64,000 bases of DNA, taken from positions 47,218 to 111,217 of the forward strand of contig DAOSYK010000001.1 of the NCBI GenBank assembly GCA_035381305.1. Direction: 5' to 3'. The stretch is from Clostridia bacterium (GTDB taxonomy: Bacteria > Bacillota > Clostridia > Christensenellales > DTU072). The notes under the pieces were generated by a model. The model saw only the letters and a program-made list of their open reading frames with translations. It was not told where the DNA came from and searched no databases. A program made the translations under genes and the position numbers. This document shows positions 1-8,815 of the stretch, piece after piece; the stretch's first letter is position 1, and the number at the start of each line of letters is the position of its first letter.

Positions 1-519
1 AATCTGCCCGTCGGAAACCACGGTAAACGCGCCCGGCTGATAGATGACGCCGCTGATTGTGTTGGGGAAGGAGCTGCTCCTTACGCGGTTAAGAACGACT
101 GCGGCAACCGCAACCTGTCCCACGTACGGCTCGCCCCGCGCTTCGCCGTAAACAAGTCGGGCGAGTAGATAGAGGTTTCTGGACGTCGACGACGAACTGC
201 CCGCAAGGGTTATGCCCATCGCCGCGGCGGTCTGTTTGCCAACTATCCCGTCGGCGGTAAGACCGTTGACGCGCTGGAAGTACTTGACGGCGGCGGTTGT
301 CTTTGAGCCGAAAATGCCGTCGATCGAGCCTGTGTAGTAGCCCCAGTTTTTTAGCTTGGTCTGTATGGTCTTGACCATCTGACCCGTGCTGCCCTGCTTG
401 TAGACCGTTGCCGCCTCGGCGTCGTCTGCCGACTTCATTATGTCGGTGAACATCAGTACGCCCGTGGCGACGGTGATAAGCACCATGACGCAGCACATCA
501 CGATATTAAAAACTTTCAT
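1..519 (-). CDS. sleB: Spore cortex-lytic enzyme SleB, N-terminal 173 codons (3-prime end lies beyond window edge)
   Basis: Absent from the supplied ORF track because it is open at the edge. The reverse complement from ATG 519-517 reads [20 protein letters not shown] (signal/anchor). It continues with [51 protein letters not shown] (PG_binding_1-type repeat). It ends with [29 protein letters not shown]...[16 protein letters not shown] (SleB/CwlJ hydrolase motifs). The ATGA start/stop overlaps the upstream gene. Confidence 0.85.
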   Translation of the reverse strand, partial: MKVFNIVMCCVMVLITVATGVLMFTDIMKSADDAEAATVYKQGSTGQMVKTIQTKLKNWGYYTGSIDGIFGSKTTAAVKYFQRVNGLTADGIVGKQTAAAMGITLAGSSSSTSRNLYLLARLVYGEARGEPYVGQVAVAAVVLNRVRSSSFPNTISGVIYQPGAFTVVSDGQI

Positions 520-1049
520 GTTGTCTTTTCTTTCCATTTGTCTTTACTCTCCTTTATCAGTTCATAAAGCTTCGAGGCGAGAATTATTTCGTCTTCTCCT
601 TCGACGTATGTGAGCGAGGGGTAAAGAAGCGCAAAATCGGTCTTGCCGACCCCTTCGCCCAAAGTGATTACGAGAGTCTTGTAGCTGCCCCGTCCTATGA
701 CGACGTTTCCCACCTGTCGTTTATCCCGCCTGACGGTTTCGACTTTGGCGCATCCATCATAAGAAACATCTTGCTTATCAAGTATCCCGTTCACTATGTA
801 CTCAATGTCGTCGAGGTGTTTTTTTACCGCGCTTTCGGTGTCGGCAGCGCTTTCGCACTCCTCAAGCGATACAGCAAGGTATGAATACACTTTTTCCTTT
901 ATTTCTTTTGCAAGGGCGAGATTTTCCTTATTGTCGTCGTATGCTTCTATTTCCACAAAGAAATAGTCGCTGTTCCCGGTATTTGAACAGGCTATCGCGC
1001 AGACAAGCAACAGGCACATAAGGAAGAAAATCGCCGCTTTTTTCATCAT
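516..1049 (-). CDS. Lipoprotein, divergent SpoIIR-like (stage II sporulation protein R family) candidate
   Basis: 177-aa ORF with lipobox LLVCAIAC-S. By eye it aligns with B. subtilis SpoIIR over its length: [25 protein letters not shown] vs IRLRILANSDSDQDQQLKRHIRDAV, and [26 protein letters not shown] vs GEYEAILITLGNGDGANWWCVLFPPL. The NWWCV motif is not conserved. Translationally coupled to sleB. Confidence 0.5.
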   Translation of the reverse strand: MMKKAAIFFLMCLLLVCAIACSNTGNSDYFFVEIEAYDDNKENLALAKEIKEKVYSYLAVSLEECESAADTESAVKKHLDDIEYIVNGILDKQDVSYDGCAKVETVRRDKRQVGNVVIGRGSYKTLVITLGEGVGKTDFALLYPSLTYVEGEDEIILASKLYELIKESKDKWKEKTT

Positions 1050-2022
1050 GTTGGGATTATCGACAGAGAACCGGCGGTTTATTCACGGAGAATTAAAGTT
1101 TACTTTGTGCCCGGAATGTGATACTATAAACTATATGGAGTTTGTAACGATAAAACCTGAAGATAAAGATACGATAAACAAATGCTTAAACGGCAATCCC
1201 GGACGGATATGCGAATACACCTTCGGCACAATGTATATTTGGAGCGTCCATGACGAGTACTGTTTTTGCGTGGAGGACGACGTTTTGTATTTCGGCGTTA
1301 TTGACCAAACGAACGCCGATTTTTATTTTCCCGTGGGAAATGTCGCAGAGAAAGACATACGTAAGCTGGAAAACTACTGCAAAGAGAATAACCTCGAATT
1401 TCGGTTTTCCTTTGTTTCTTCGTCTCAGGCCGAGTTTTTAAAAGGCATTTACGGGGATAGGATAGAACTTGAATACGAAAGAGACTGGGACGATTATCTT
1501 TATTATTACGATGATTTGCTGTATTTGAGGGGCAAGAAATACCACGGGCAGAAAAATCACATAAACAGGTTTTTGAAAGAATATCCCGATTTCGAAATGC
1601 TCCCGTTTGACGTGTCGATGACGAAAGAGGCTGTCGCTTTTCTCGACGAGTATTACGCCACGCTCGGGAAAGACAATCAGTGGCTGAGAGACGAGAGGTA
1701 CATTCTGGAAAACAAGTTGTTCAGGTACTATCCCATAATCGACCAGGAAGGACTTGTCATTAAGATAAACGGAAAGATTGCGGCGATGGCTTTCGGCGAG
1801 GCGGTCGGGGATACCCTTTACGTTCATTTCGAGAAAGCATCGCGCGACTATAACGGCATTTACGCGGCGATAAATCAGAAGTTTCTCGAGTACTGCAGGA
1901 GAGAGGGCATAAAGTACGTAAACAGAGAAGAGGATCTCGGCGACCTGGGTTTAAGGACGGCAAAAACCAGCCTGCACCCCTGCGAGATGATTCCGAAATA
2001 TTTCGCGAAAGTTAATATTTAG
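1048..2022 (+). CDS. DUF2156 (lysyl-phosphatidylglycerol synthase C-terminal-like, GNAT fold) domain protein
   Basis: The motif KYHGQKNHINRF and the overall size fit the DUF2156 family. Start is uncertain. The track start 1048 abuts the divergent gene. ATG 1135 (MEFVTIKPED, 295 aa) is more plausible. Confidence 0.6.
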   Translation: MLGLSTENRRFIHGELKFTLCPECDTINYMEFVTIKPEDKDTINKCLNGNPGRICEYTFGTMYIWSVHDEYCFCVEDDVLYFGVIDQTNADFYFPVGNVAEKDIRKLENYCKENNLEFRFSFVSSSQAEFLKGIYGDRIELEYERDWDDYLYYYDDLLYLRGKKYHGQKNHINRFLKEYPDFEMLPFDVSMTKEAVAFLDEYYATLGKDNQWLRDERYILENKLFRYYPIIDQEGLVIKINGKIAAMAFGEAVGDTLYVHFEKASRDYNGIYAAINQKFLEYCRREGIKYVNREEDLGDLGLRTAKTSLHPCEMIPKYFAKVNI

Positions 2023-2055
2023 CGGAATTTTGGGCAATAAATATCATTAAAACGC

Positions 2056-2084
2056 TTGTAAATTTATAAGCGGTATGCTAAAAT
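2056..2084 (+). promoter_or_regulatory. Sigma-A type promoter for secG
   Basis: TTGTAA (2056-2061), 17-nt spacer ending in TGc, TAAAAT (2079-2084). Lies 30 nt upstream of the secG ATG. Confidence 0.5.
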
Positions 2085-2114
2085 AATGAAACACTAAGGC
2101 TTGAGGAGTCGATA

Positions 2115-2393
2115 ATGTTCAGTTTTTATACTTTTTATACGGTATTGTCGATAATATTCATGGTGCTGATGGTGCTGTTAAGCATCGCGCTCACCATAAT
2201 TGTTGTCATGCAGGAAGGAAATAATGACAACATCGGAGCCATAACAGGCAGTTCGGAAAGCTTTTTCGGCAAAAACAAGGCAAAGAGCATGGACGCAAAG
2301 TTAAAACGTCTGACAATATATCTGGCAATCGGCATCCTGGTAACATCCATTTTGTTCTTTGTAATCCAGATACTCAAGAAAACCTTGGACTAA
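2115..2393 (+). CDS. secG: Preprotein translocase subunit SecG
   Basis: 92 aa with two TM helices flanking VMQEGNNDNIGAITGSSESFFGK, the SecG loop pattern. SD GAGGAG lies upstream. Confidence 0.8.
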   Translation: MFSFYTFYTVLSIIFMVLMVLLSIALTIIVVMQEGNNDNIGAITGSSESFFGKNKAKSMDAKLKRLTIYLAIGILVTSILFFVIQILKKTLD

Positions 2394-2417
2394 TACGGAA
2401 AAAAGAAATAGCATAAA

Positions 2418-2452
2418 GAAGCCTGTTGAGAACTCGACAGGCTTTATTTTTT
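2418..2452 (+). terminator. Rho-independent terminator after secG
   Basis: Stem AAGCCTGT / ACAGGCTT (2419-2426 / 2437-2444) followed by a T-run to 2452. Confidence 0.75.
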
Positions 2453-2473
2453 AGTCGAAAATGGCTTTATAAC

Positions 2474-2503
2474 TTGCTATAAAAATAAATTATATGTTAA
2501 TAT
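2474..2503 (+). promoter_or_regulatory. Sigma-A type promoter for smpB and downstream gene string
   Basis: TTGCTA (2474-2479), 18-nt spacer, extended -10 TGtTAATAT (2495-2503). Confidence 0.45.
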
Positions 2504-2525
2504 ATAGAGTAAAACGGAGCACAGA

Positions 2526-2981
2526 ATGGATAAGGAAGTAACGGTCGCAACCAACAAGAAAGCCTACCACGATTATTTCATCGAGGACAAGATCGAGGCG
2601 GGAATTCAGCTTGTGGGAAGCGAGGTAAAGAGCATAAGACTTGGTAACGTAAACCTCAAAGACAGCTTTGCGCTGATAAAGAATGACGAGGTTTTACTTT
2701 ACAATGTCCATATTTCCCCATATGAGAAAGGAAGTCACTTCAATCCCGAACCGAGGAGAACGAGAAGGCTTCTTCTTCATAAACAGGAGATAAACAAACT
2801 CCGCGGAAAGGTAGAGCGGAAGGGGTACACGCTGGTGGTCACCCGAATGTACTTTAAGCAAGCATTGGTAAAGGTGGAACTTGCGTTGGCGCGGGGCAAG
2901 GAACTTCACGACAAGCGCGCCGCAATAAAAGAAAAGCAACTGGACCGTGAGGCTCAGAGAGCAATAAACGAGTACAGATGA
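2526..2981 (+). CDS. smpB: SsrA-binding protein SmpB
   Basis: [29 protein letters not shown]...[16 protein letters not shown]...[11 protein letters not shown] matches SmpB throughout. Confidence 0.95.
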   Translation: MDKEVTVATNKKAYHDYFIEDKIEAGIQLVGSEVKSIRLGNVNLKDSFALIKNDEVLLYNVHISPYEKGSHFNPEPRRTRRLLLHKQEINKLRGKVERKGYTLVVTRMYFKQALVKVELALARGKELHDKRAAIKEKQLDREAQRAINEYR

Positions 2982-2998
2982 GATAAAGGAGAAAAGAT

Positions 2999-4282
2999 AT
3001 GTTCGGAATCGAAACAAAATGCGTTCAATCGGGGTACAGCCCCAAAAACGGTGAGCCCAGGGTTTTGCCCGTTTATCAGAGCACAACCTTCAGTTACGAC
3101 ACGCCCGAAGAAATGGGCGACTTGTTTGACCTTAAGAAAGAGGGATTTTTCTATTCCCGCATCGGAAATCCCACGGTCGACGCCATGGAGAGGAAGATAG
3201 CCGACCTTAACGGCGCGACGGGAGCACTCGGCTGCAGCAGCGGAATGGCGGCAACCACCCTTACCGTACTCACGCTTTGCCGCGCGGGAGACAAAATTAT
3301 TTCCCTCAGCACCATATACGGCGGAACTTATAACTTGTTCGGAACCACGTTGCCTAAGCTTGGTATTATGTGTAATTTCGTCAGCCCCGACGCGTCCGAA
3401 AAGGAGATAGAGGCGCTGATTGACGAGGATACAAAGCTGATTTTCTGCGAGACGATCGCAAACCCCGCGATGAACGTCGCAAACTTTGATTTGCTCGCAA
3501 AAATCTGCCACAAGCACAAGCTCTTACTGGTCGTAGACAACACGCTCGCGACGCCTGTCATCTGCAGGCCGATAGAGTACGGCGCAAACATCATCATTTA
3601 TTCCAGCACCAAGTACCTTGACGGGCACGCCTGCGCGCTGGGCGGGATAATCGTGGACTGCGGCAACTTCGACTATGCCGATAATCCCCGCTACGAGGAC
3701 TTTAACACCCCCGACGAGAGCTATCACGGCATGGTCTACGCAAGGGACTGCGGAAAGAACGCCTTTATCGTTAAGACGCGCGTTCAGTGTATGAGGGATA
3801 TCGGCGCCATTATGAGCCCGCAAAACGCCTTCCTTACCCATATGGGTATGGATACGCTGCACCTGAGAATGGAAAGACATTCTTCCAACGCCCTCGCCGT
3901 TGCGCGTCTGCTTGAAGCCAGCCCCTATGTGGAATGGGTCAAGTACGCGGGACTTGAGAGCGATCCGAATTACCCCCTTGTCAAAAAGTATTTCAACAAC
4001 TCCATGGCAAGCGGAATGGTGACGTTCGGAATAAAGGGCGGAAGAGAAGCGGCGGCCAAGTTCCAGAAGGCGCTGAAACTTATCAGAATCGTCACGCATA
4101 TTGCGGACGTGAGAAGCTGTGTGCTTCACCCTGCAAGCACCACCCACAGGCAGCTGTCGGACGCCGACCTTGCCGCGTGCGGAATAAGCGACAACCTCAT
4201 CAGGCTGTCGATAGGAGTAGAAGGCGCACGGGACATTCTCGCCGATATTGAGAATGCCCTTAATGCCTCACAGAAGAACTGA
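2999..4282 (+). CDS. metY: O-acetylhomoserine sulfhydrylase (PLP-dependent Cys/Met metabolism enzyme)
   Basis: 427 aa. Contains YSRIGNPTVDAMERKIADLNG and the PLP lysine context YSSTKYLDGH. The GNFDY insertion is typical of MetY/OAH sulfhydrylases. Adjacent to metA. Confidence 0.85.
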   Translation: MFGIETKCVQSGYSPKNGEPRVLPVYQSTTFSYDTPEEMGDLFDLKKEGFFYSRIGNPTVDAMERKIADLNGATGALGCSSGMAATTLTVLTLCRAGDKIISLSTIYGGTYNLFGTTLPKLGIMCNFVSPDASEKEIEALIDEDTKLIFCETIANPAMNVANFDLLAKICHKHKLLLVVDNTLATPVICRPIEYGANIIIYSSTKYLDGHACALGGIIVDCGNFDYADNPRYEDFNTPDESYHGMVYARDCGKNAFIVKTRVQCMRDIGAIMSPQNAFLTHMGMDTLHLRMERHSSNALAVARLLEASPYVEWVKYAGLESDPNYPLVKKYFNNSMASGMVTFGIKGGREAAAKFQKALKLIRIVTHIADVRSCVLHPASTTHRQLSDADLAACGISDNLIRLSIGVEGARDILADIENALNASQKN

Positions 4283-4295
4283 AGGAGAATAATTT

Positions 4296-5216
4296 ATGCC
4301 GATAGTAATCCCGAAAGATATTCCTGCGTTTAATGTACTCACGAGAGAGAATATTTTCTGCATGCACTCCACGAGGGCGGCGACTCAGGACATCCGCCCT
4401 CTGGAAATACTTATTCTTAACCTCATGCCCACAAAGGTGACCACCGAGACCCAGTTGATGAGGCTTTTATCAAACAGCCCGCTGCAGGTCAATATCACCT
4501 TGATGCAGACGGTTTCCTATCAGCCCACCAACGTCAGCAAGACTCACATGGACAAGTTTTATAAGACCTTTGACGACATAAAGGACCTCAATTTCGACGG
4601 CATGATAATTACCGGCGCGCCCGTTGAAACCCTGGAGTTCAACGAGGTCAAATACTGGGAAGAACTGTGCAAAATCTTCGAGTTTGCCGAAAGGCATGTA
4701 ACAAGCTCGGTGTTCATCTGCTGGGGTGCTCAAGCTGCGCTCAATTACTATTATGGCATCGGAAAAAGGCTCATGCCCAAGAAACTCTTCGGCGTGTTCG
4801 AAAACCGTAGCTTAATGCAGAACGACCCGCTACTCAAAGGGCTTGACGATACCTTTTTCATTCCGCACTCCCGCCACACCGAAGTGGACGAGCAAAGTCT
4901 GCGCGAAGACAACAGGCTCGTTGTGCTCGCAGAGGGCAAGGAATGCGGCATAAGCATCGCAAAGTGCATCGACAACCGCAAGTTTTTCTTCTTCGGGCAT
5001 GCCGAGTACGACAGAGAGACGCTGAAAGCCGAGTATGTCAGGGACCTCGAGAAGGGTCTGCCCATTGAAAAACCCGTAAACTACTTTGTGGGCGACGACC
5101 TCGACAAAATCAAAGTGACGTGGAGATCGACGGGCAATCTGTTGTTCTACAACTGGCTCAACTACTATCTGTATCAGGTCACACCCTACGACATCGGGAG
5201 AAAAAGTGATAATTAA
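4296..5216 (+). CDS. metA: Homoserine O-acyltransferase MetA
   Basis: MPIVIPKDIPAFNVLTRENIF...IRPLEILILNLMPTKVTTETQLMRLLSNSPLQV is a canonical MetA N-terminus. 306 aa. Confidence 0.93.
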   Translation: MPIVIPKDIPAFNVLTRENIFCMHSTRAATQDIRPLEILILNLMPTKVTTETQLMRLLSNSPLQVNITLMQTVSYQPTNVSKTHMDKFYKTFDDIKDLNFDGMIITGAPVETLEFNEVKYWEELCKIFEFAERHVTSSVFICWGAQAALNYYYGIGKRLMPKKLFGVFENRSLMQNDPLLKGLDDTFFIPHSRHTEVDEQSLREDNRLVVLAEGKECGISIAKCIDNRKFFFFGHAEYDRETLKAEYVRDLEKGLPIEKPVNYFVGDDLDKIKVTWRSTGNLLFYNWLNYYLYQVTPYDIGRKSDN

Positions 5217-6318
5217 GAAGCTGTATCTCGAAAACTTTCTGAGCTACACAAAGCAGTATGCGGAGTTTTCCGACACCCTCAACGTGATTGTGGGCAAAAA
5301 CGCCGCCGGCAAGACCAATCTTGTCGAGAGCGTCTACTTTGCGTCGCTCGGGAAGTCCGCGCGCAACCTTAAGGACAAGGAGCTAATCAATTGGAATAAT
5401 ACCAAAGGCGGCGCTCGGATAAAGATACTGCTGGAGAAGAAGTATTCCGCCCACACCATCGACATTCACATCGACGAGGCGGGAAAAAAGCGGATAATGA
5501 TAGACAATATCCCGATATCGAAAATCGGCGAGCTTATCGGCGTTATTAACATGGTTTTTTTCAGTCCCGACGAACTGGGACTCGTAAAGGACAGCCCCGC
5601 CGACAGGAGAAGATTTCTCGACATAAGCTTAAGCCAGCAGAACAAGCTGTACTTTTACAACCTGACAAAATACAACAGGTTGCTTGCTCAGCGGAACAAG
5701 GTGCTGAAAGTTCATAAGAACGCCTCAGACCTGAAGGAAATGCTCGACCTTGTGACATGGAGCATGCTTGAAGCAGAGGAGTACATACTCTTAAAGCGCA
5801 GGGAGTTTTTGGATAGCCTTGCTCCGCTTGCCAAAGAGGAACACGAGTACCTTACGAGCGGAAAAGAGAGTCTCAATCTTGTGTACAGAACTGAGGAGAT
5901 TGACCTTGACAACGTCAAAGGCAGCCTCAAAAAGCTGTATGACCAGTCCCTCGAGAAGGACATTAAACTCGAATATACGACAGTCGGCATCCACAGAGAC
6001 GACATTGAGATAATCGCAAACGGCACCGACATAAGGCGGTTCGGCTCCCAAGGACAGCAGAAGACGGCGGTTTTAAGCATAAAACTTGCCGAACAAAGTT
6101 TGTTTTTACTGAGAACGGGCGAACAGCCCATACTTATACTGGACGACGTCATGAGCGAACTTGACGAGGCGAGGCGAAAAGCCTTGTTTGAGCGCATTCA
6201 AAAGATTCAGACCCTGGTCACCTGCACCGATTTTTCGGTGGGAGGGATTACCGATTACAGGGCGTTTCATATAAGCGACAGAAGCATAAAAGAAGTAGAG
6301 GATGTAGCAAATGGTTAA
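5206..6318 (+). CDS. recF: DNA replication and repair protein RecF
   Basis: GTG start. Walker A GKNAAGKTNLVES. SPDELGLVKDSPADRRRFLD. Signature region FGSQGQQKT. Walker B ILILDDVMSELD. 370 aa. Confidence 0.9.
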   Translation: MIIKKLYLENFLSYTKQYAEFSDTLNVIVGKNAAGKTNLVESVYFASLGKSARNLKDKELINWNNTKGGARIKILLEKKYSAHTIDIHIDEAGKKRIMIDNIPISKIGELIGVINMVFFSPDELGLVKDSPADRRRFLDISLSQQNKLYFYNLTKYNRLLAQRNKVLKVHKNASDLKEMLDLVTWSMLEAEEYILLKRREFLDSLAPLAKEEHEYLTSGKESLNLVYRTEEIDLDNVKGSLKKLYDQSLEKDIKLEYTTVGIHRDDIEIIANGTDIRRFGSQGQQKTAVLSIKLAEQSLFLLRTGEQPILILDDVMSELDEARRKALFERIQKIQTLVTCTDFSVGGITDYRAFHISDRSIKEVEDVANG

Positions 6319-8011
6319 CGAGAAGACACTTGCGATCGCAAAAGCGGTCAGAATCGAAGGAGTAAGCGAGCAGGAGATACTTGACACGCTCACCGTGCCG
6401 AACGACCCGAAGATGGGCGATTACTGCCTGCCTTGCTTTAAATTTGCCAAAGTTTTGAGAAAAAATCCCGCGGTTATCGCAAACGAAATCGCGGAGTCTG
6501 TGACACTACAAAGTCCGATAGTCAGCGTGACGGCGGTAAACGGGTATGTCAATTTCGTCACTGACAAACTTTACACCGCCAAAAAGGTAGTGGGCGAAAT
6601 TCTTGAAAATGGCGGCAATTACGCCGACAGCGACTTCGGAAAAGGCAAGACAATCTGCATAGACTATTCTTCCATTAACATAGCAAAACCCTTCCATATC
6701 GGACACCTCTGCACAACCGTAATCGGCGGCAGCCTCTACAAGATATACAAAAAACTCGGATATAATTGCGTGGGTATTAACCACCTCGGCGACTGGGGAA
6801 CCCAGTTTGGCAAGCTTATTGTCGCTTTCAAAATGTGGAGTTCGGAAGAAGAACTAAAAGAAAAGGGTATGAAGGTGCTCACCGAGATTTACGTTAAATA
6901 CCACGAGGAGAGCGAAAAAGACCCGTCCCTTGACGACAAGGCGCGCGAGTGGTTCAGAAAAATCGAAGAAAACGACGGTGAAGCCATGCGCTTTTTCAAT
7001 ATGTTCAAGGATATCACGATTAATGAAGTCCAGAAGACATATAAGCGCCTCAAAATCAACTTTGACAGCTATAACGGGGAATCATTCTACAACGACAAAA
7101 TGCAACCCGTTATCGATAAGCTCGAAGAAAAGAAGCTGCTTGTCGAGAGCGACGGAGCAAGGATAGTCGACCTCTCGGCCTACGGTATGCCGCCCTGCCT
7201 CATAGTTAAGGCAGACGGCGCGACGCTGTACGCAACCCGTGACCTCGCGGCGGCGTATTATCGCAAAGAGACTTATGATTTTTACAAATGTCTGTATGTT
7301 GTCGCATATCAGCAAAATCTCCACTTCAGACAGTGGATAAAGGTAATAGAACTGCTCGGAGAGCCGTGGCACAGCTCCCTGATTCACGTGCCGTTCGGCA
7401 TGGTCAGCCTTGAGGACGGCGCGATGAGCACCCGCAAAGGAAAGGTTGTGCTCTTAGAGGATGTTCTTAACAAGGCAGTCGAAAAGAGCCTGAAGATTAT
7501 CGAAGAGAAAAACCCGGGACTTGAGAACAAGGAAGACGTCGCCGAAAAGGTGGGCGTGGGCGCGGTCATATTCAGCACGCTCTACAACAATCGCATCAAG
7601 GACATAGTATTCAGCTATGACAAGGTGCTCAACTTCGACGGAGAAACGGGACCCTATGTCCAGTACACCAACGCGAGATGCAACAGCGTCCTCGAAAAGG
7701 TGGGAGATGTCGATTTTGCACAAGCCGATTTCGACGCGATTAACAACGATGAAGGAAACGCCGTGGTGGCGGCTTTGGAGAGCTTTGGGCAGGTGCTTTT
7801 CGACGCGACGGAAAAGTTTGAGCCTTGCTACGTTTCGAGATACCTTGTAAACTTGTGCCAGTCGTATAACAAGTTCTATCTTGCCCACAGGATAGTCAAC
7901 GCCGAAACGCAAGGCGCAAGAATCGCCCGCGCCATGCTTACAAAGTGCGTCCACACAGTAATTGAGGAAGGGCTTCGTCTGCTTGGCATAAGCGCGCCCG
8001 AAAAGATGTAA
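6311..8011 (+). CDS. argS: Arginine--tRNA ligase
   Basis: 566 aa. HIGH motif (PFHIGHLCTTVIG). MSTRKGK (KMSKS-equivalent). ATRDLAAA motif. C-terminal anticodon-binding domain. Confidence 0.92.
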   Translation: MVNEKTLAIAKAVRIEGVSEQEILDTLTVPNDPKMGDYCLPCFKFAKVLRKNPAVIANEIAESVTLQSPIVSVTAVNGYVNFVTDKLYTAKKVVGEILENGGNYADSDFGKGKTICIDYSSINIAKPFHIGHLCTTVIGGSLYKIYKKLGYNCVGINHLGDWGTQFGKLIVAFKMWSSEEELKEKGMKVLTEIYVKYHEESEKDPSLDDKAREWFRKIEENDGEAMRFFNMFKDITINEVQKTYKRLKINFDSYNGESFYNDKMQPVIDKLEEKKLLVESDGARIVDLSAYGMPPCLIVKADGATLYATRDLAAAYYRKETYDFYKCLYVVAYQQNLHFRQWIKVIELLGEPWHSSLIHVPFGMVSLEDGAMSTRKGKVVLLEDVLNKAVEKSLKIIEEKNPGLENKEDVAEKVGVGAVIFSTLYNNRIKDIVFSYDKVLNFDGETGPYVQYTNARCNSVLEKVGDVDFAQADFDAINNDEGNAVVAALESFGQVLFDATEKFEPCYVSRYLVNLCQSYNKFYLAHRIVNAETQGARIARAMLTKCVHTVIEEGLRLLGISAPEKM

Positions 8012-8012
8012 T

Positions 8013-8804
8013 ATGATAGACACCCATACACATACCCATTTTTCCTTTGACGGCAAGTCCGCTCTCAACGAAATGGTTACGAAGGCGGCTAGGCTCGGCG
8101 TGGAGTATTATGCCATTACCGACCACTGCGACATGGACTACAACTATATACCCGAATATTTTCTCATTAAGAGAATCGACCTCGACAAGTATATAAAAAC
8201 CGTCACAAAAATAAAGGAGAAGTATCCTTTTGTCGCGCTTGGGCTCGAATGCGGCTACAGCGGGCAGGCTATCGGCGACTATTTAAGCAAAGTTCCGTTT
8301 GAAAAATTCGACTATATTCTCAATTCCACCCATACCGTGGGCGGCAGGGACTGCTATTTTGCGCCATTTTTCAAGGACAGAACCAAAAAGGACTGCTATG
8401 AGAGATACCTGAAGACCATAAGGGAAAGCCTTGAAGTGCCGTACCCTTATAACGGTGTTTCGCACATCGGCTACGTGAGTAAAAACGCGCCGTTTGAGGA
8501 TAAAGCCTTGCATTACGAGGACTTTTCCGACATAATCGACGATATATTAAAGCGGATAATCGAGCTTGACAAGTGCCTCGAACTCAATTCCCACACCAAA
8601 GGCCACGGCTTTATGCCCGACGCCGACATCGTCAAGAGGTATAGAGAACTCGGCGGGGAAAACATCGCCTTTGCCAGCGACGCGCACATAACAACTCGCA
8701 TCTGTGAGAACTATCAGGCGGGGAAAGAACTCGCTTTAAGCGCGGGCTTTAAGTACTGGACGGTATACCGCCGGCAGAAGCCCGTCAAAATAAAAATCGA
8801 CTGA
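8013..8804 (+). CDS. PHP-domain phosphoesterase, HisJ-family histidinol-phosphatase-like
   Basis: MIDTHTHTHFSFDG N-terminus and AITDHCD, typical PHP metal ligands. 263 aa. No other his genes are nearby, so the substrate is uncertain. Confidence 0.7.
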   Translation: MIDTHTHTHFSFDGKSALNEMVTKAARLGVEYYAITDHCDMDYNYIPEYFLIKRIDLDKYIKTVTKIKEKYPFVALGLECGYSGQAIGDYLSKVPFEKFDYILNSTHTVGGRDCYFAPFFKDRTKKDCYERYLKTIRESLEVPYPYNGVSHIGYVSKNAPFEDKALHYEDFSDIIDDILKRIIELDKCLELNSHTKGHGFMPDADIVKRYRELGGENIAFASDAHITTRICENYQAGKELALSAGFKYWTVYRRQKPVKIKID

Positions 8805-8815
8805 GGAGAAAAGAC

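Noticed and set aside
89-496. 135-aa Arg-rich ORF on the minus strand from the ORF track.
   Set aside because: A different minus-strand frame over the same region encodes a clear SleB (PG-binding plus hydrolase motifs). The Arg-rich frame is an out-of-frame shadow.
2394-2998. I looked for tmRNA (ssrA) next to smpB and for a SAM/S-box riboswitch ahead of metY.
   Set aside because: The smpB-metY gap is 17 nt. The 130-nt region upstream of smpB holds only a terminator and a promoter, with no tRNA-like acceptor/T-arm or S-box conserved helices visible. No covariance model could be run.
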